Below are positions 1 to 10,849 of a DNA stretch of 64,000 nt, piece after piece. Origin of the DNA: Tubiluchus corallicola (taxonomy: Eukaryota; Animalia; Priapulida); the NCBI GenBank assembly GCA_030141605.1, contig JAQGDQ010000146.1, positions 255,933 through 319,932 of the forward strand, read 5' to 3'. The notes beneath the pieces are model-generated. The model searched no databases and had not been told where the DNA came from. It worked only from the letters and a program-made list of their open reading frames with translations. Each line of letters begins with the position of its first letter. The stretch's first letter is position 1. Made by a program: the position numbers and the translations under genes.

Positions 1-476
1 ACTCGTTTAATTGCTTTGGACTCAATGGTCTTAGTGCTTTCTGAAGAGATACAGTGACATAGCCCTTCCGATTTGCTAGATCAAATGTCAAAATCAAGGC
101 TATACTGACCTTTAACCCCAATGGGCACCGTAGTCTATGTCTCAAATTCAACCAGTTTAAGGCTATACTGACCTTTAACCCCAACGGGTACCGTAGTCGA
201 TGTCTCAAATTCAACTGGTTTGGGTGGAGTTCCTTTGAAGATACGATTTAGATTTGCAGATTGCTACCAACAACTGAGGCACAAAGACGTGTCCAGTACA
301 CCTATATGTTTGTCTGGGCAAATTCTAATAACTGAAGTTGCAGACAAGTTAGATAATAATATCGAAATAAATACGTTTATGCACAAATGAAATACTGTTC
401 TTGAAAATGGCTTCCACTATTGATGAAAAAATACTTGACCAACAACATTTTTTTGTTTATTTATTTATTATACAAT

Positions 477-3400
477 TTAAGCTATGAATTCATAAGGTAT
501 CGGTTCCAGGTCAATGGGCTTGTTATGTTTAGTCCTTACAGTGTGACCCTCTCTCGGTTGCTTTGCCTGCAAAAATGCAAATTCATTGTAAAACTTCTAA
601 AAAGCACCAGCACATAAGAGCTTCTTTTGCTAATAAATGGCACAGTACCTGATATTGTTTTTCCTAATCTACTACCACGAAGACTGTACCTGGTACAGTA
701 GTCGCCGCTTAATAGACTCACTTTGGTACCAAAGTGTTTTGACCCAATTAACCGACTGAACCTATTAACCGACGGGTGTAGTATTACTGATATATAAAGT
801 ATGAGGCATCAGCTTACTATGCACTGCAAAGGCTTTTAATCAATTTTAAAAACGAAGTACTGTCTAAATTCCTTTGTGCATTTAAAATTAGAAAAAATAT
901 TTTAAAATATTAATTTACATAAGTGAATTAACAATATATTAAAAAGTATACTTTTCTAAATCGCACAAGTCTGTTTATTTGCAAAAATTCCAGTTTATTT
1001 GCAAAGTCGGCTGCTTCATTTTCTCGCGAAGAAGTTGGCTCACAAAGTTCTCGTAATTATAAAAACATTGAAAATCTGATGCAGCGTGATGCACGTATTC
1101 TCGTAAAACATCTAGCGCTTGGCATGCTTGAGCATTTCTTTGTCAAATCTGCTGCTTTCTGTCGCATTAAAGGAGCGTTCACTCGAGTATTCTTTCTCTT
1201 GAGTTTGTAAACCACACTTTTAACTCTGACTTCACAGTCTTTTCCTGTGTGTCACCTCTTAGATGCTAGATTCTCATTTTGGCTTGCTCACTGCTCAAAT
1301 TTCAAATAATTTTTCCAATATTCCGCCGAGAGTACTTTGGGAAATTTTCAACTGCGCTGCTGCACAGCTCTGCCCCATCTTTGGAAGTTTATCATACTGT
1401 TCTAAAACTTTCAGTTTCTCGCTAACTGTTAGATCTTTATGCTTATGCTCCATTTTTCAAACTGCTTAACTCCATGCCCTTATTTGCTGTATGATGTTTA
1501 CTCTTTTAAGTCACAAGAAATACTGGCAGATTACTATATCTGCATCTTTGACTGTTAACTGATTAAGCGTGAAAGTGTGATTTGCAACTAGAATCCTTGC
1601 ATCAAAAGGAAACCGCTAGGCAAGTGATTAAATGTTTAGCTTCCAGAAATTCTTTGGGTAACAAGGTTAATTGCAGGGGGCGAGTGGGTAACAGACTCAA
1701 AGCAAAACCTCTATGCTGGCGCATGATAAATGTACCTGTTTACAAACAAAACGGTACTTAACATGATTGTTTCTACATATATAATGCACAAACGGGAAGT
1801 AAAGATGACATTAGAGTAGAAAAGGCTGTTTGGGCAAATACAAATGTCTTATTTTAACTAGGTGAAGGAAAAATATCGAGTCAATTAAACGAAGTTATTT
1901 GAATCAATTACCGATAGTTTTTATGTATATTTGAATAGAAGTGGCCCGTTCCAGGCATTTTTGAGTCAATTAAGCGATTGAGTCTATTAACCGTAAGTGT
2001 ATTAAGCGGCGACTACTGTATTAACATTTACCTAAAAATTATAATCATTGTCCGAAATGAAAAATTTGTTCTTTTTAAACATGCAGTTTGCAAGAAATTT
2101 GGTAGGTTGCCAAATAAAAAAAACATGTAAGACAGTAAGGATATAGAGCGCATACTCCACAACAAATGGAAATGCTTTGCAATGCGATGTTACCAAAGTT
2201 ACACGATTAAAGGAAAGTAATACCTAATTTTAAACCACGGTTCAAAATGTTTTTTATTGTCTTACTATCGTCCCGGAAGTCCAATTCCCCAGTTTTCCAA
2301 CACTACACATTCAAAGAATTCTTACTAACACAGACAACAAGAACCCCCCCCCCATTTCTCAGATTGCATTGCACAAAAATAGGCATTGTAATGGAAATGC
2401 CTTACAATGCGATGTTACCGCAGTTAGATGATTAAAGGAAAACAGTACCTAATTTTAAACCATGGTTCAAAATATTCTATATTGTCGTACTATCGTCCCG
2501 GAAGTCCAATTCCCCAGTGTTCCAACACTACACATTCAAAGAATTCCTACTAACACAGACAACAAGAACCCCCCCCCATTTCTCAGATAGCATTGCACAA
2601 AAATAGGCATTGTACTGAAACAGCAGAGGTTGGATTACAAAGCTGAGTGACGATCCAGCGAGAAAAACTGAGCATTAATCCACCAGAGAACTTCAAATCT
2701 TTAATTTGTGAAGTGAGGGGTGTCTGTTTCACTGTCAATGGAACGAATAACATTATGATTTTAGTTTTTACAAACTTGTGGTGGACTTAGCAGCAGGTCA
2801 TAGACCTAAAAATGACCTTTCTAAAGAAATCAAATTATACCTGTCTCTTGTATGACACCTGAATTCCTTTGGCTTTGCCCTCCTGTTTTAACAACTCGTT
2901 CTGTTTCACTCGTTCCAGGAAATCAAGTCGGCAATTGGAGTGCTTGATGTGTTCAACTCGGACATTAATTCGTTTAGGAATAATTCGTCCCCTGCAATTA
3001 AATTAATGGCCTAATGATTCCAAATAAGGAACTTCTAATTACAACTTAAGATTACTGTATAATAAAAATTACTTGGAGAAAACATGACCATAGTTCACGG
3101 CATTCAAACACAGTTACCACATTTTTATATGCATATTACAAATTGCCATACTACGAAGCTAAAGAATGGCTGGTCAGTGGTCACCCATCCATGTTGGTAA
3201 AGTTATGCTAGTTCAGCAATATTAAATCCAGTTAGTAAATGGATGGCTAATCATTTTAGGAAAACTGCTTCTGGACAGTTTCGCCTCTGGATAATTCTCT
3301 GATGTATCTCGAGGACTTTTACAAAACAGAGACAGTTCTGAAACTTGACATCCGTGCATCAACACCAATAATTACATCTGCAAGAGTGGGCTGATTCCTC

Positions 3401-6400
3401 AATTGCATTTTAGCAGTGAAAATAATGCATGTTTGCTTATGTTAGCATCTTGTTTAAATGCGTGGTAGTGTTAACCAATAGGCTAACTAGGCTATAGCCT
3501 AGGGTGCCAAAATTTGAGGGGTGTCACATTTTAAAAAATTCTCATTCTCTTCAGAAAATGATTGAACTTTCATGTAAAGGGCGCATTTTATAATACACCA
3601 CAGGCAGTTACTGAGCCCAGCTTTCATATAAGTGCCACATAACGAACAGGTGCAAGGTATTACACAACAAGCAGTTGCGTAGCCTGCTTGAATATAAGTG
3701 CTAGGCAAATACAATGTAATCACTTGACCACGTAGAAACTAGGCTAATTAATGTTTCTAATACAACACAAGAAATTGTTTAATCTTCTCATTACGTAATA
3801 CATGAGCCTAAATTCACAATAGAGATGGATGGCACAGCACTATCAGCTTAGGGCGTCCTTAAGTTTTGATGCGCCCCTATTTAAATGCGCCACGGCATGC
3901 CTCCTTTGATCCACTTTTCAAGTAGAGTTTGAATACTTTTCATCACTTTTTTATCATGTAAAACTAGACCATGCAACTCTAGTTAATCAAGAACCAAATT
4001 AGAAAAGACGAAAAACTAATTTTGTGCACAAAGTAGGAATATAAAAATGAATTTTCAACACAAACACAAAATAGTCCGATATTCGGTTATATTATCTTAC
4101 TATACACTGTCACTTGAAAGCTAAAATTAAAGTTGTCAAACAAGTATATAAATTATTAGTGACAAGTTATAGATCTACAATAACTAATCTCTCAGGCAGA
4201 TTAAGATAAGATAGGGTATTTATTTTCATCTGTATGATACAAACAGTACATATTTGTAAAAACATGAGCTTAAAGCTTGTAAACCGATATCAAACATATT
4301 GTATATGAGCGATAACATGGTAATAATATGTACTTCTTAAATGTTTTGGATGCTACCAGAGGTATTGGTACAAGAAAAATTAAAACTACATGACGACAGT
4401 TAAGAATTGAAACAGTAAAAATTTTCCTGCCAACATTCCTGCCAGACTTAACAAAATTGGGAAGTTCGCTGAATTTACAAATGGCACATTTACATGATAC
4501 ACCAGTCCATGGGTTATTTAGATGTTTAAATTCCCCAAGATTTTTGACCATTCGGAGACAGTTTGGTAATTCATTCCACAATGTGGCTCCATAATAGGAG
4601 AAACTTTTCTTGCCATATGTAACACCATCATATGTAGGTTGTTCTGCAGTGTTCATTTTTCTGAGGAAGTAGCGGTTTTGCTTTCGTTCCTCTATAAGTC
4701 CATAGAGATAGGACGGGCAGTTTTTGGACAAAATCTTGAATACTTCGATAGCAATGAGATGTTGTCTCCGAAGTTGAAGAGACACAAAATTGTCTTTTAA
4801 CAATAGATTTTCGTAGGTACTTTCGAAATCATTATAAACTAGACAGAGCGCTCTGAAATTCAAATGTTCTAACTTCTGCCTGTTTGATTTACTACAGATT
4901 ATGAGTAAGAAAGACTGAGAGCTTGATCAAATTATAATCTCAATAAATATAATACTTACTTTACTCTCTTGTTGACAATAACACCGACTGCATGTTGGGT
5001 AACATTATAGACACGGCCAGTTTTACCATGGTATGACTTGTGTGGCATTCCCTTCTGGAAAGCTCCATTTCCCTAAAATAAAGAAAAAATGGGGTAAGCA
5101 AACTGCGATGAATAAACGAATTCACGAATGAAACACCTGAGAAATACTCACAACTGGTGTAACGAACGCTTAGAAGAAAAATTCGTTGAACTGACATAAG
5201 ATACACACAGTCTTAGAAAAACTTTTAAATGGTGTTGGTGGAATTTACTATGAACTGTGTAATTGTTGTATATATCTCCGTTTATTAATTTATTGTGTTA
5301 ATGTGTGTGTGTTTTTGCTCCTTGTTGTAATTATGTAAATGTTTTATGCTATGAACCTTTGATTTGAAATAAAAATCTAAATCAAAATCAAATCAAATCA
5401 TTGTTGAAAGAATTAGATTTTCAGTTCTACAATCTGAGTTGACAATGCCCTGCTTTAACCGTACAGTGATACGAAATTAATTCATTCCGGATGGGCTTTC
5501 GTATCTTAGAATTTTTGTATTGTGAGACAAGATTTATCCTATAAATGGCGTAATTCGTTCCAGCCCCCCCTCCCCCTCCGAAAACAGTCATATAAAGTAT
5601 TGTACCCATTCGAAAGAAATATGTTCGTTAAAGACAACATAATCATTTACATAAATGTTAAAAAACAATGAGATGTTCCGATCGTCGAAGGGTTTCACTC
5701 AAACTCCCTTGCGATAGAACTTAAACGCATGCCATTTTCATATTTAGCTAGAATTTCAAGCTTTGTTTCCATCGACATCATCCTTTTCTTCTAATCACTA
5801 CCACTGGTACTTGTTTTTTAAGTCATATGGTTATTGAATGCGTTCAGGTGAGATAAGAGCAGAACAAAGCATTCACGTGATACTACGAAATGCATTCTGG
5901 GAGGACCGTTGTGGGGTGACACTTTCGATTTTCGTTTTCGTATCTTGAATATTTTTTCGTTAAATGAGACGGAAATTTCTTCGAAGCCCGATTCTTAGTC
6001 TGAATTTTTCGTATAATAGCATTTTTGTAAGTCAGGTTCCACTGTACTTCATCTCTCTGCCTTGAATTAACAGTTATCATACAACGAACATATATCGGTT
6101 TGACAAGGAGCACTTTATAGTCTTACATAAAAAACATTAAATATACAGTCAACTTCGGGTATAAGGTACTCGCTTATAATGGACACTCGCTTACAGTGGA
6201 CAACCAACACCAGTCCCGATTTTTCCTATGTAAAAATCTTCGTATATAAGGTACTCGGATATAAGGGACTTTTGGTTATAAGGGACGTTGTCTTCAGGTC
6301 CCACGTAATAGAAACCCAGGTAAATTACCTCGCATGTAGGGACCCTATGATCAAAGCGAAATTGATTGATTTTTAACTCAATTTTTCGCAAACTCGGCCT

Positions 6401-7262
6401 TCGAACAACTCAGTTTCCCCGGTCACATACATCTCGCATCACCGAAGGAACTTCTTACATACCATTTGCACTGAAAGCATAGCAATAATCCATAAAAATA
6501 TGGGTAAAAGTACAGAAAAGTGCAGGGCTAGATACACCCAGGGATGAGAATGACAAGTTTCAAAAAACTCTGAAACAGACCGTAGGCAGCAACAAATTGC
6601 AATTTTGTAAGCATAGAGAGCCTCTAAGTGGACTTAAAATATCAAATACCTTGTTTCATGCATAATTTAAAATACCCAACTATCAAGGATACATGATACC
6701 TAATTTTGTTAAAAACGCCTAAGTAGTGGCCGCTCCTATGCAAAAGTATATAAAAATTGTCTGCAATTGACTCAAATAACTCCGCACGATTGATTCTATA
6801 TTTTTATACATAGAGATCTACACGTGGTTACATTGATGTACGTGATGTAAACAAAGTGACGGCCTGCCAACTAGCGGTCAGTTTGTGAAATAATGTACTG
6901 GGTCCATAAAAATTTTCTCAACGAATTTACGCGATTTACAAAAATGGCACTAACTGGTCTTCCAAAAACTCGGAATACCGCTTATCTGTGGAAAATTCTC
7001 ATCCATGGATACACCCTCGGTCTGACTCAACTTTGGCTATAACGGATATCGGATATAAAGGACGATTTTTTTCCAATCAGGAGGTGTCCCTTATATCCGA
7101 GGTTGACTGTAGTGCAGACGAATGATACTCAACCTTGATGTCAACAATTTCTCCAATTCTGTAGGTTTTCAGAAAAGTTGATAATGGTTCTATGCCTCGT
7201 TTGCGAAACGGCCTGGAAAACATGTACCGCGTACCACGTCTATACCCCTTAGAATTTGTCAT
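477..7262 (-). CDS. RPL21: 60S ribosomal protein L21 (eL21); coding exons 7262-7134, 5072-4960, 2991-2841, 566-477
   Basis: Exons of 129+113+151+90 = 483 nt joined by GT-AG introns translate to 160 aa: [19 protein letters not shown]...[30 protein letters not shown]...[13 protein letters not shown]...[16 protein letters not shown] follows the stop on the minus strand. Confidence 0.97.
696..2018 (-). mobile_element. Internally deleted pogo/Tigger-like DNA transposon (family A) in the last RPL21 intron
   Basis: Perfect TIR CAGTAGTCGCCGCTTAATA with TA on both sides. Decayed minus-strand frame at about 1100-1475 reads like a Tigger N-terminal HTH ([16 protein letters not shown]...LKISQSTL...ELKVWF). 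Confidence 0.85.
2165..2614. repeat. Tandem duplication, 2 x about 225 bp
   Basis: Two near-identical units (2165-2389 and 2390-2614) read directly from the sequence. Confidence 0.9.
4400..4900 (-). mobile_element. Degenerate 3' end of a CR1/L2-type LINE ORF2
   Basis: [18 protein letters not shown]...EVFKIL...PSYL...[18 protein letters not shown]...EFK is typical of the CR1/L2 C-terminal tail. Confidence 0.75.
6146..7109. mobile_element. TA-flanked pogo/Tc1-type MITE (family B) interrupted by a nested insertion
   Basis: TIR CAGTCAAC(T/C)TCGG(G/A)TATAAGG with TA on both sides; uninterrupted sibling at 51397-51876. Confidence 0.88.
6539..7007. mobile_element. hAT-type MITE nested in the family B element
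   Basis: TIR CAGGGATGAGAAT / ATTCTCATCCATG with perfect 8-bp TSD GATACACC (6531-6538 and 7008-7015). The sibling at about 51773 has a single GATACACC (empty site). Confidence 0.88.
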
Positions 7263-8581
7263 TCTGTATTACTTGAATTGTGCCCTAAAAATAATAAAAA
7301 AATGCCACTCGCTGATAAAATTCAGTAAGAATTCACTAATTAAATGCAAAGGTGAGATTAGAAACAAAATTTTAATTTCAGGAATAAAACACAAATTTGC
7401 AAAAGCAATAATACTCACATACATTTAACTTTTTACTGAGTTTTTTACCAGTCATTACACAGAAGCTGCAGTGCAAAATACACAAAACCGGGTCTTTTAT
7501 GAAACATAATTTAAGGTAGTTAGTAAATGAAATTTATCATTTAAAATTCAAAAATAAATTCCAGAAAGAGTACTTATGCCCTTCAGTCTTCCCTCATTGA
7601 ACAAATGAATATAGTTTATTTTCTGTTGTTGCTGCTGCTGCTGTTTGTTAGCACACCACAACAAATATTTTGCTTATATCTCCCCCCCCCCCCCATGAAT
7701 TTTCATTCGACATATCACAAGGCCTAATAAAGTATTTTCAAAAGACACATTCACTAGTAGATGGCGTGCTTTTAGCACCTTGTTTTAATATATAAGTTGA
7801 GCTTGGCTGGTATACGTTACAGAGACATTATGCACGATGTTTGGACATAAAAACAAGAGCAAAAGGGGAAGAAGGGTGCTCCTTATTTCAAGTTTTCCCA
7901 TTTATAACAGACTGTAGTACTGTAATATACAAATACATACTTCATCCATACCATAATGTAATGACAATAATACAATCACAGTAAGCGTTCAAAACGTTTT
8001 ATAGAGTAGCTACATAATAGTTTGTATACAAAGTGAACTTTCAGTGCCGAAATGAAATATTCATGAATAACTGCTGAATACTCAATAGAGACGCTAGACA
8101 AATCAAAATAATGACATAGTCAAAATAAAAACAAATTTGTATATCTTTGCATCTGCAATTTGCAGCATCTGTTAATGATGATACTGATACTGATGCTAAT
8201 ACTGATGAATTAAACACTAACTAATAACAACTACATATTAACTTGACCTAAAAAGTTAAACTTTCTCAATTTTTCCAGAAATTCCCACTAATATTAAAAA
8301 AGCATCCCATTACCTCTGACATTTGTAAAATGATCTATCAAGTTTAAACGCATTGTCACTTCAAAGCTAAGCTGGTGGTGAATGACCCTAGCCATTGACT
8401 CATCCTGAAACGGCTCTAGGCAGTAAGACCTTAACTAATCGCTCGAGCAAAGCTATAAAGTTGAAACAGGTTTTACTTATCAAATGCCTTGACAAACTGC
8501 AGGTGTTAATAAACTGTGATTAGTTGGCAATAGTTACGAAGCGACAAAATACATAATTGAGCTTACGAAACAACAAACAGC

Positions 8582-10342
8582 ATGAATGCAGTGAGAGTAT
8601 TGGTGTTTCTTATGTTAATCCTGTTATCATCAACAAGAGCTGATATATTTAGTTCAACAGCTCACATGGAAGCAATGTTAGCTGCAGAATCCGACCTTCT
8701 GGACAAGCTTGAAGAATATGTAGTAGCAAAATCACAGAAACTGCAAAGGTTAAAACAGTTTGCAAACTACTTGACTTCAGATTCGATTAGCCAGTTTAAA
8801 ACTCCGGAACACGTGAGAAAAAATGAAGTAGGAATGGATGTTGCAATTTCTGATCCAATTAGTGCGTTCTTGCTTGTGCAGGAGATGTATGGGATATCAA
8901 CAAAGCTACAAAGTGTATTCAAAGAGGATGCTACCAGTGAGATCATTGAAGAGTTGGTAAAACTGCATGCAGGACTGCCAGAGGAAACAGACTACAAAGG
9001 AACAGTAAAGGCATTATTTCGACTGCAAGATACGTATTCACTTAGCGCACACTCGCTATCACAAGGCATTATCGGTGGCGTAGAAACAGGAGCACAACTA
9101 TCTGCAAAAGACTGTTACGACATTGGACAAGTTGCTTACCAAGAAAAAGATGTTTATCACGCTGCTATATGGTTCCAGGAAGCGCGTGTCCTTCACGAAA
9201 GGACACTCTACGAAAGCAAAGGCCAAGAGCATTCAAAACCAGATTTTTCAATTGCCGAAGTTAAAGAAAAGTTGCAGAAATGCCTAACAGTACTAGAAAG
9301 AAAAAATAAAAGAAAATCCAAGAAGAAGAAATGCGACGACGGCAGCGAGGCAGCACAAGCAGAGGGATTTCCTGAACCTAGTAAAACTAAAAAAGATAAA
9401 AATAGCGGTAAGCCTAGTTTCAAATTAGCAGATGAACAGCTGGCAGACAAAATTGTCAAACCAAGCATACTCGATAACAACGAACTAAATAAACTAAATG
9501 AACCAATTCTGGCAACGGACACCATTCCTATAAATATGCAAGCCCCGCAAATCAAACGTCCACGAGACGACAGCGTAATTAACGATTTTTCAAATCTAGA
9601 AAAGTACGAAATGTTGTGTCGCGGCGAGTTCCCGCAACGACCCGTATCAGCAAGTGTTCACAAATGTTATCTCACGAACAAAGGAAGTCCTTGGCTGGAA
9701 CTACAGCCGGTAAAGGAAGAGGTGATTCAGAAAAAACCATTCTTTCTGGCACTTTATCACGATGTAATAAACGATGATGAAATTGAAACTGTAAAAGAAC
9801 TTGCCATGCCCAAGCTCAACAGAGCTACGGTCGGACAAGGCGCCTCCATGGCACCAGCCTCATATAGAATAAGTAAAAGCGCGTGGCTGAGTGACGACGC
9901 ACCCATATCGATTAAGCTAAACGATCGCATTCGTCACATAACCGGCCTGGATTTGGAAACGGCCGAACTGTTGCAAGTTGGAAATTACGGAATCGGGGGT
10001 CATTACGAACCGCATTACGATCACAATCACATTGAAGATTGTGACGGCGTGACGAGCAAATACGACGACAAAGACCGAAACAGAGTTGCGACATTTATGT
10101 ATTACTTAAGCGATGTAAAAGCAGGTGGCGCGACGGTCTTTCCACATAGACAAATAAGGGTATTGCCAATTAAAAAGGCAGGAATTTTCTGGTACAATAT
10201 GAGTAAATCAGGATGTGGTATACAAAAAACAAGGCATGCCGGATGTCCCGTCCTACTAGGATCTAAATGGGTGATTAACAAGTGGATACATGAAGGGGGT
10301 CAAGAATTCACAAGACCATGTGGACTTACTAAAGACGAATAA
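8582..10342 (+). CDS. P4HA: Prolyl 4-hydroxylase subunit alpha (collagen P4HA-type), single-exon CDS, 586 aa
   Basis: Signal peptide followed by DIFSS; ALFRLQDTYSL motif; TPR-like CYDIGQVAY; YEMLCRGE; 2OG-Fe(II) catalytic motifs GGHYEPHYD, NRVATFMYYLSDVKAGGATVF, TRHAGCPVLLGSKWVINKWIHE. Confidence 0.95.
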   Translation: MNAVRVLVFLMLILLSSTRADIFSSTAHMEAMLAAESDLLDKLEEYVVAKSQKLQRLKQFANYLTSDSISQFKTPEHVRKNEVGMDVAISDPISAFLLVQEMYGISTKLQSVFKEDATSEIIEELVKLHAGLPEETDYKGTVKALFRLQDTYSLSAHSLSQGIIGGVETGAQLSAKDCYDIGQVAYQEKDVYHAAIWFQEARVLHERTLYESKGQEHSKPDFSIAEVKEKLQKCLTVLERKNKRKSKKKKCDDGSEAAQAEGFPEPSKTKKDKNSGKPSFKLADEQLADKIVKPSILDNNELNKLNEPILATDTIPINMQAPQIKRPRDDSVINDFSNLEKYEMLCRGEFPQRPVSASVHKCYLTNKGSPWLELQPVKEEVIQKKPFFLALYHDVINDDEIETVKELAMPKLNRATVGQGASMAPASYRISKSAWLSDDAPISIKLNDRIRHITGLDLETAELLQVGNYGIGGHYEPHYDHNHIEDCDGVTSKYDDKDRNRVATFMYYLSDVKAGGATVFPHRQIRVLPIKKAGIFWYNMSKSGCGIQKTRHAGCPVLLGSKWVINKWIHEGGQEFTRPCGLTKDE

Positions 10343-10441
10343 CTGTGAAGTATCATGCAGATACACAGTAAATAATTCCAGACATCAAAAGTAAAAACAT
10401 GCAAAAAATAGGATTTGAAAGTTGCAAAATATCTAAAATTA

Positions 10442-10849
10442 GACTTATATCTCGGTTTGGCGGACCTCACTTTTACAAATACCGGAAAATTCGCACAAAA
10501 TCTCGTCCTGTTAAAAGCTGCGCATACCACAGACAGCTGACTGCTAACTGGAAGGCCATCGCTTTGTTTACGTCATTACATCAGTGCAACCACGTGTATT
10601 CTCTATGTATAAAAATATAGAGTCAATTATGCGGCGTTATTCGAGTCAAAATGCCGACAGTTTTTATATACTTTCGCATAGCAGTGGCCTGTACAAGACA
10701 TTTTTGAGATAATTAGCCAATTGATTCAATATTACTGTGAATATAATATATGGCGCCTACTGTATCAGGTCAGTATCGCTAAATGCGGACAATTGGCAAA
10801 CTCAGACTGACGTCTCCCTGCTTTTGTCTGGCAAGCCAAGATATGAGTG
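10442..10849. mobile_element. TA-flanked MITE (family C) about 100 nt after the P4HA stop
   Basis: TIR (C/G)ACT(C/T)ATATCT(C/T)GG with TA flanks; inverted relative to 30785-31174. Confidence 0.8.

Noticed and set aside
2380-2470. Spliced-leader RNA (minus strand GGTTTAAAATTAG|GT plus Sm-like site)
   Set aside because: The arrangement exists only across the junction of the duplicated units and matches no leader I can confirm.
3843-3946. Minus-strand C/D snoRNA candidate (GTGATGA...CTGA)
   Set aside because: No terminal stem or recognisable rRNA guide; overlaps a GGGGCGC-type repeat end.
7855-7880. Alternative TOP-like pyrimidine tract as the RPL21 start
   Set aside because: No strong donor follows; 13350-13317 fits better. 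Not fully excluded.
9208-9555. Antisense ORFs over P4HA (also 15911-16108 over RAD51 and 25212-25547)
   Set aside because: Shadow frames of real coding sequence with no independent motifs.
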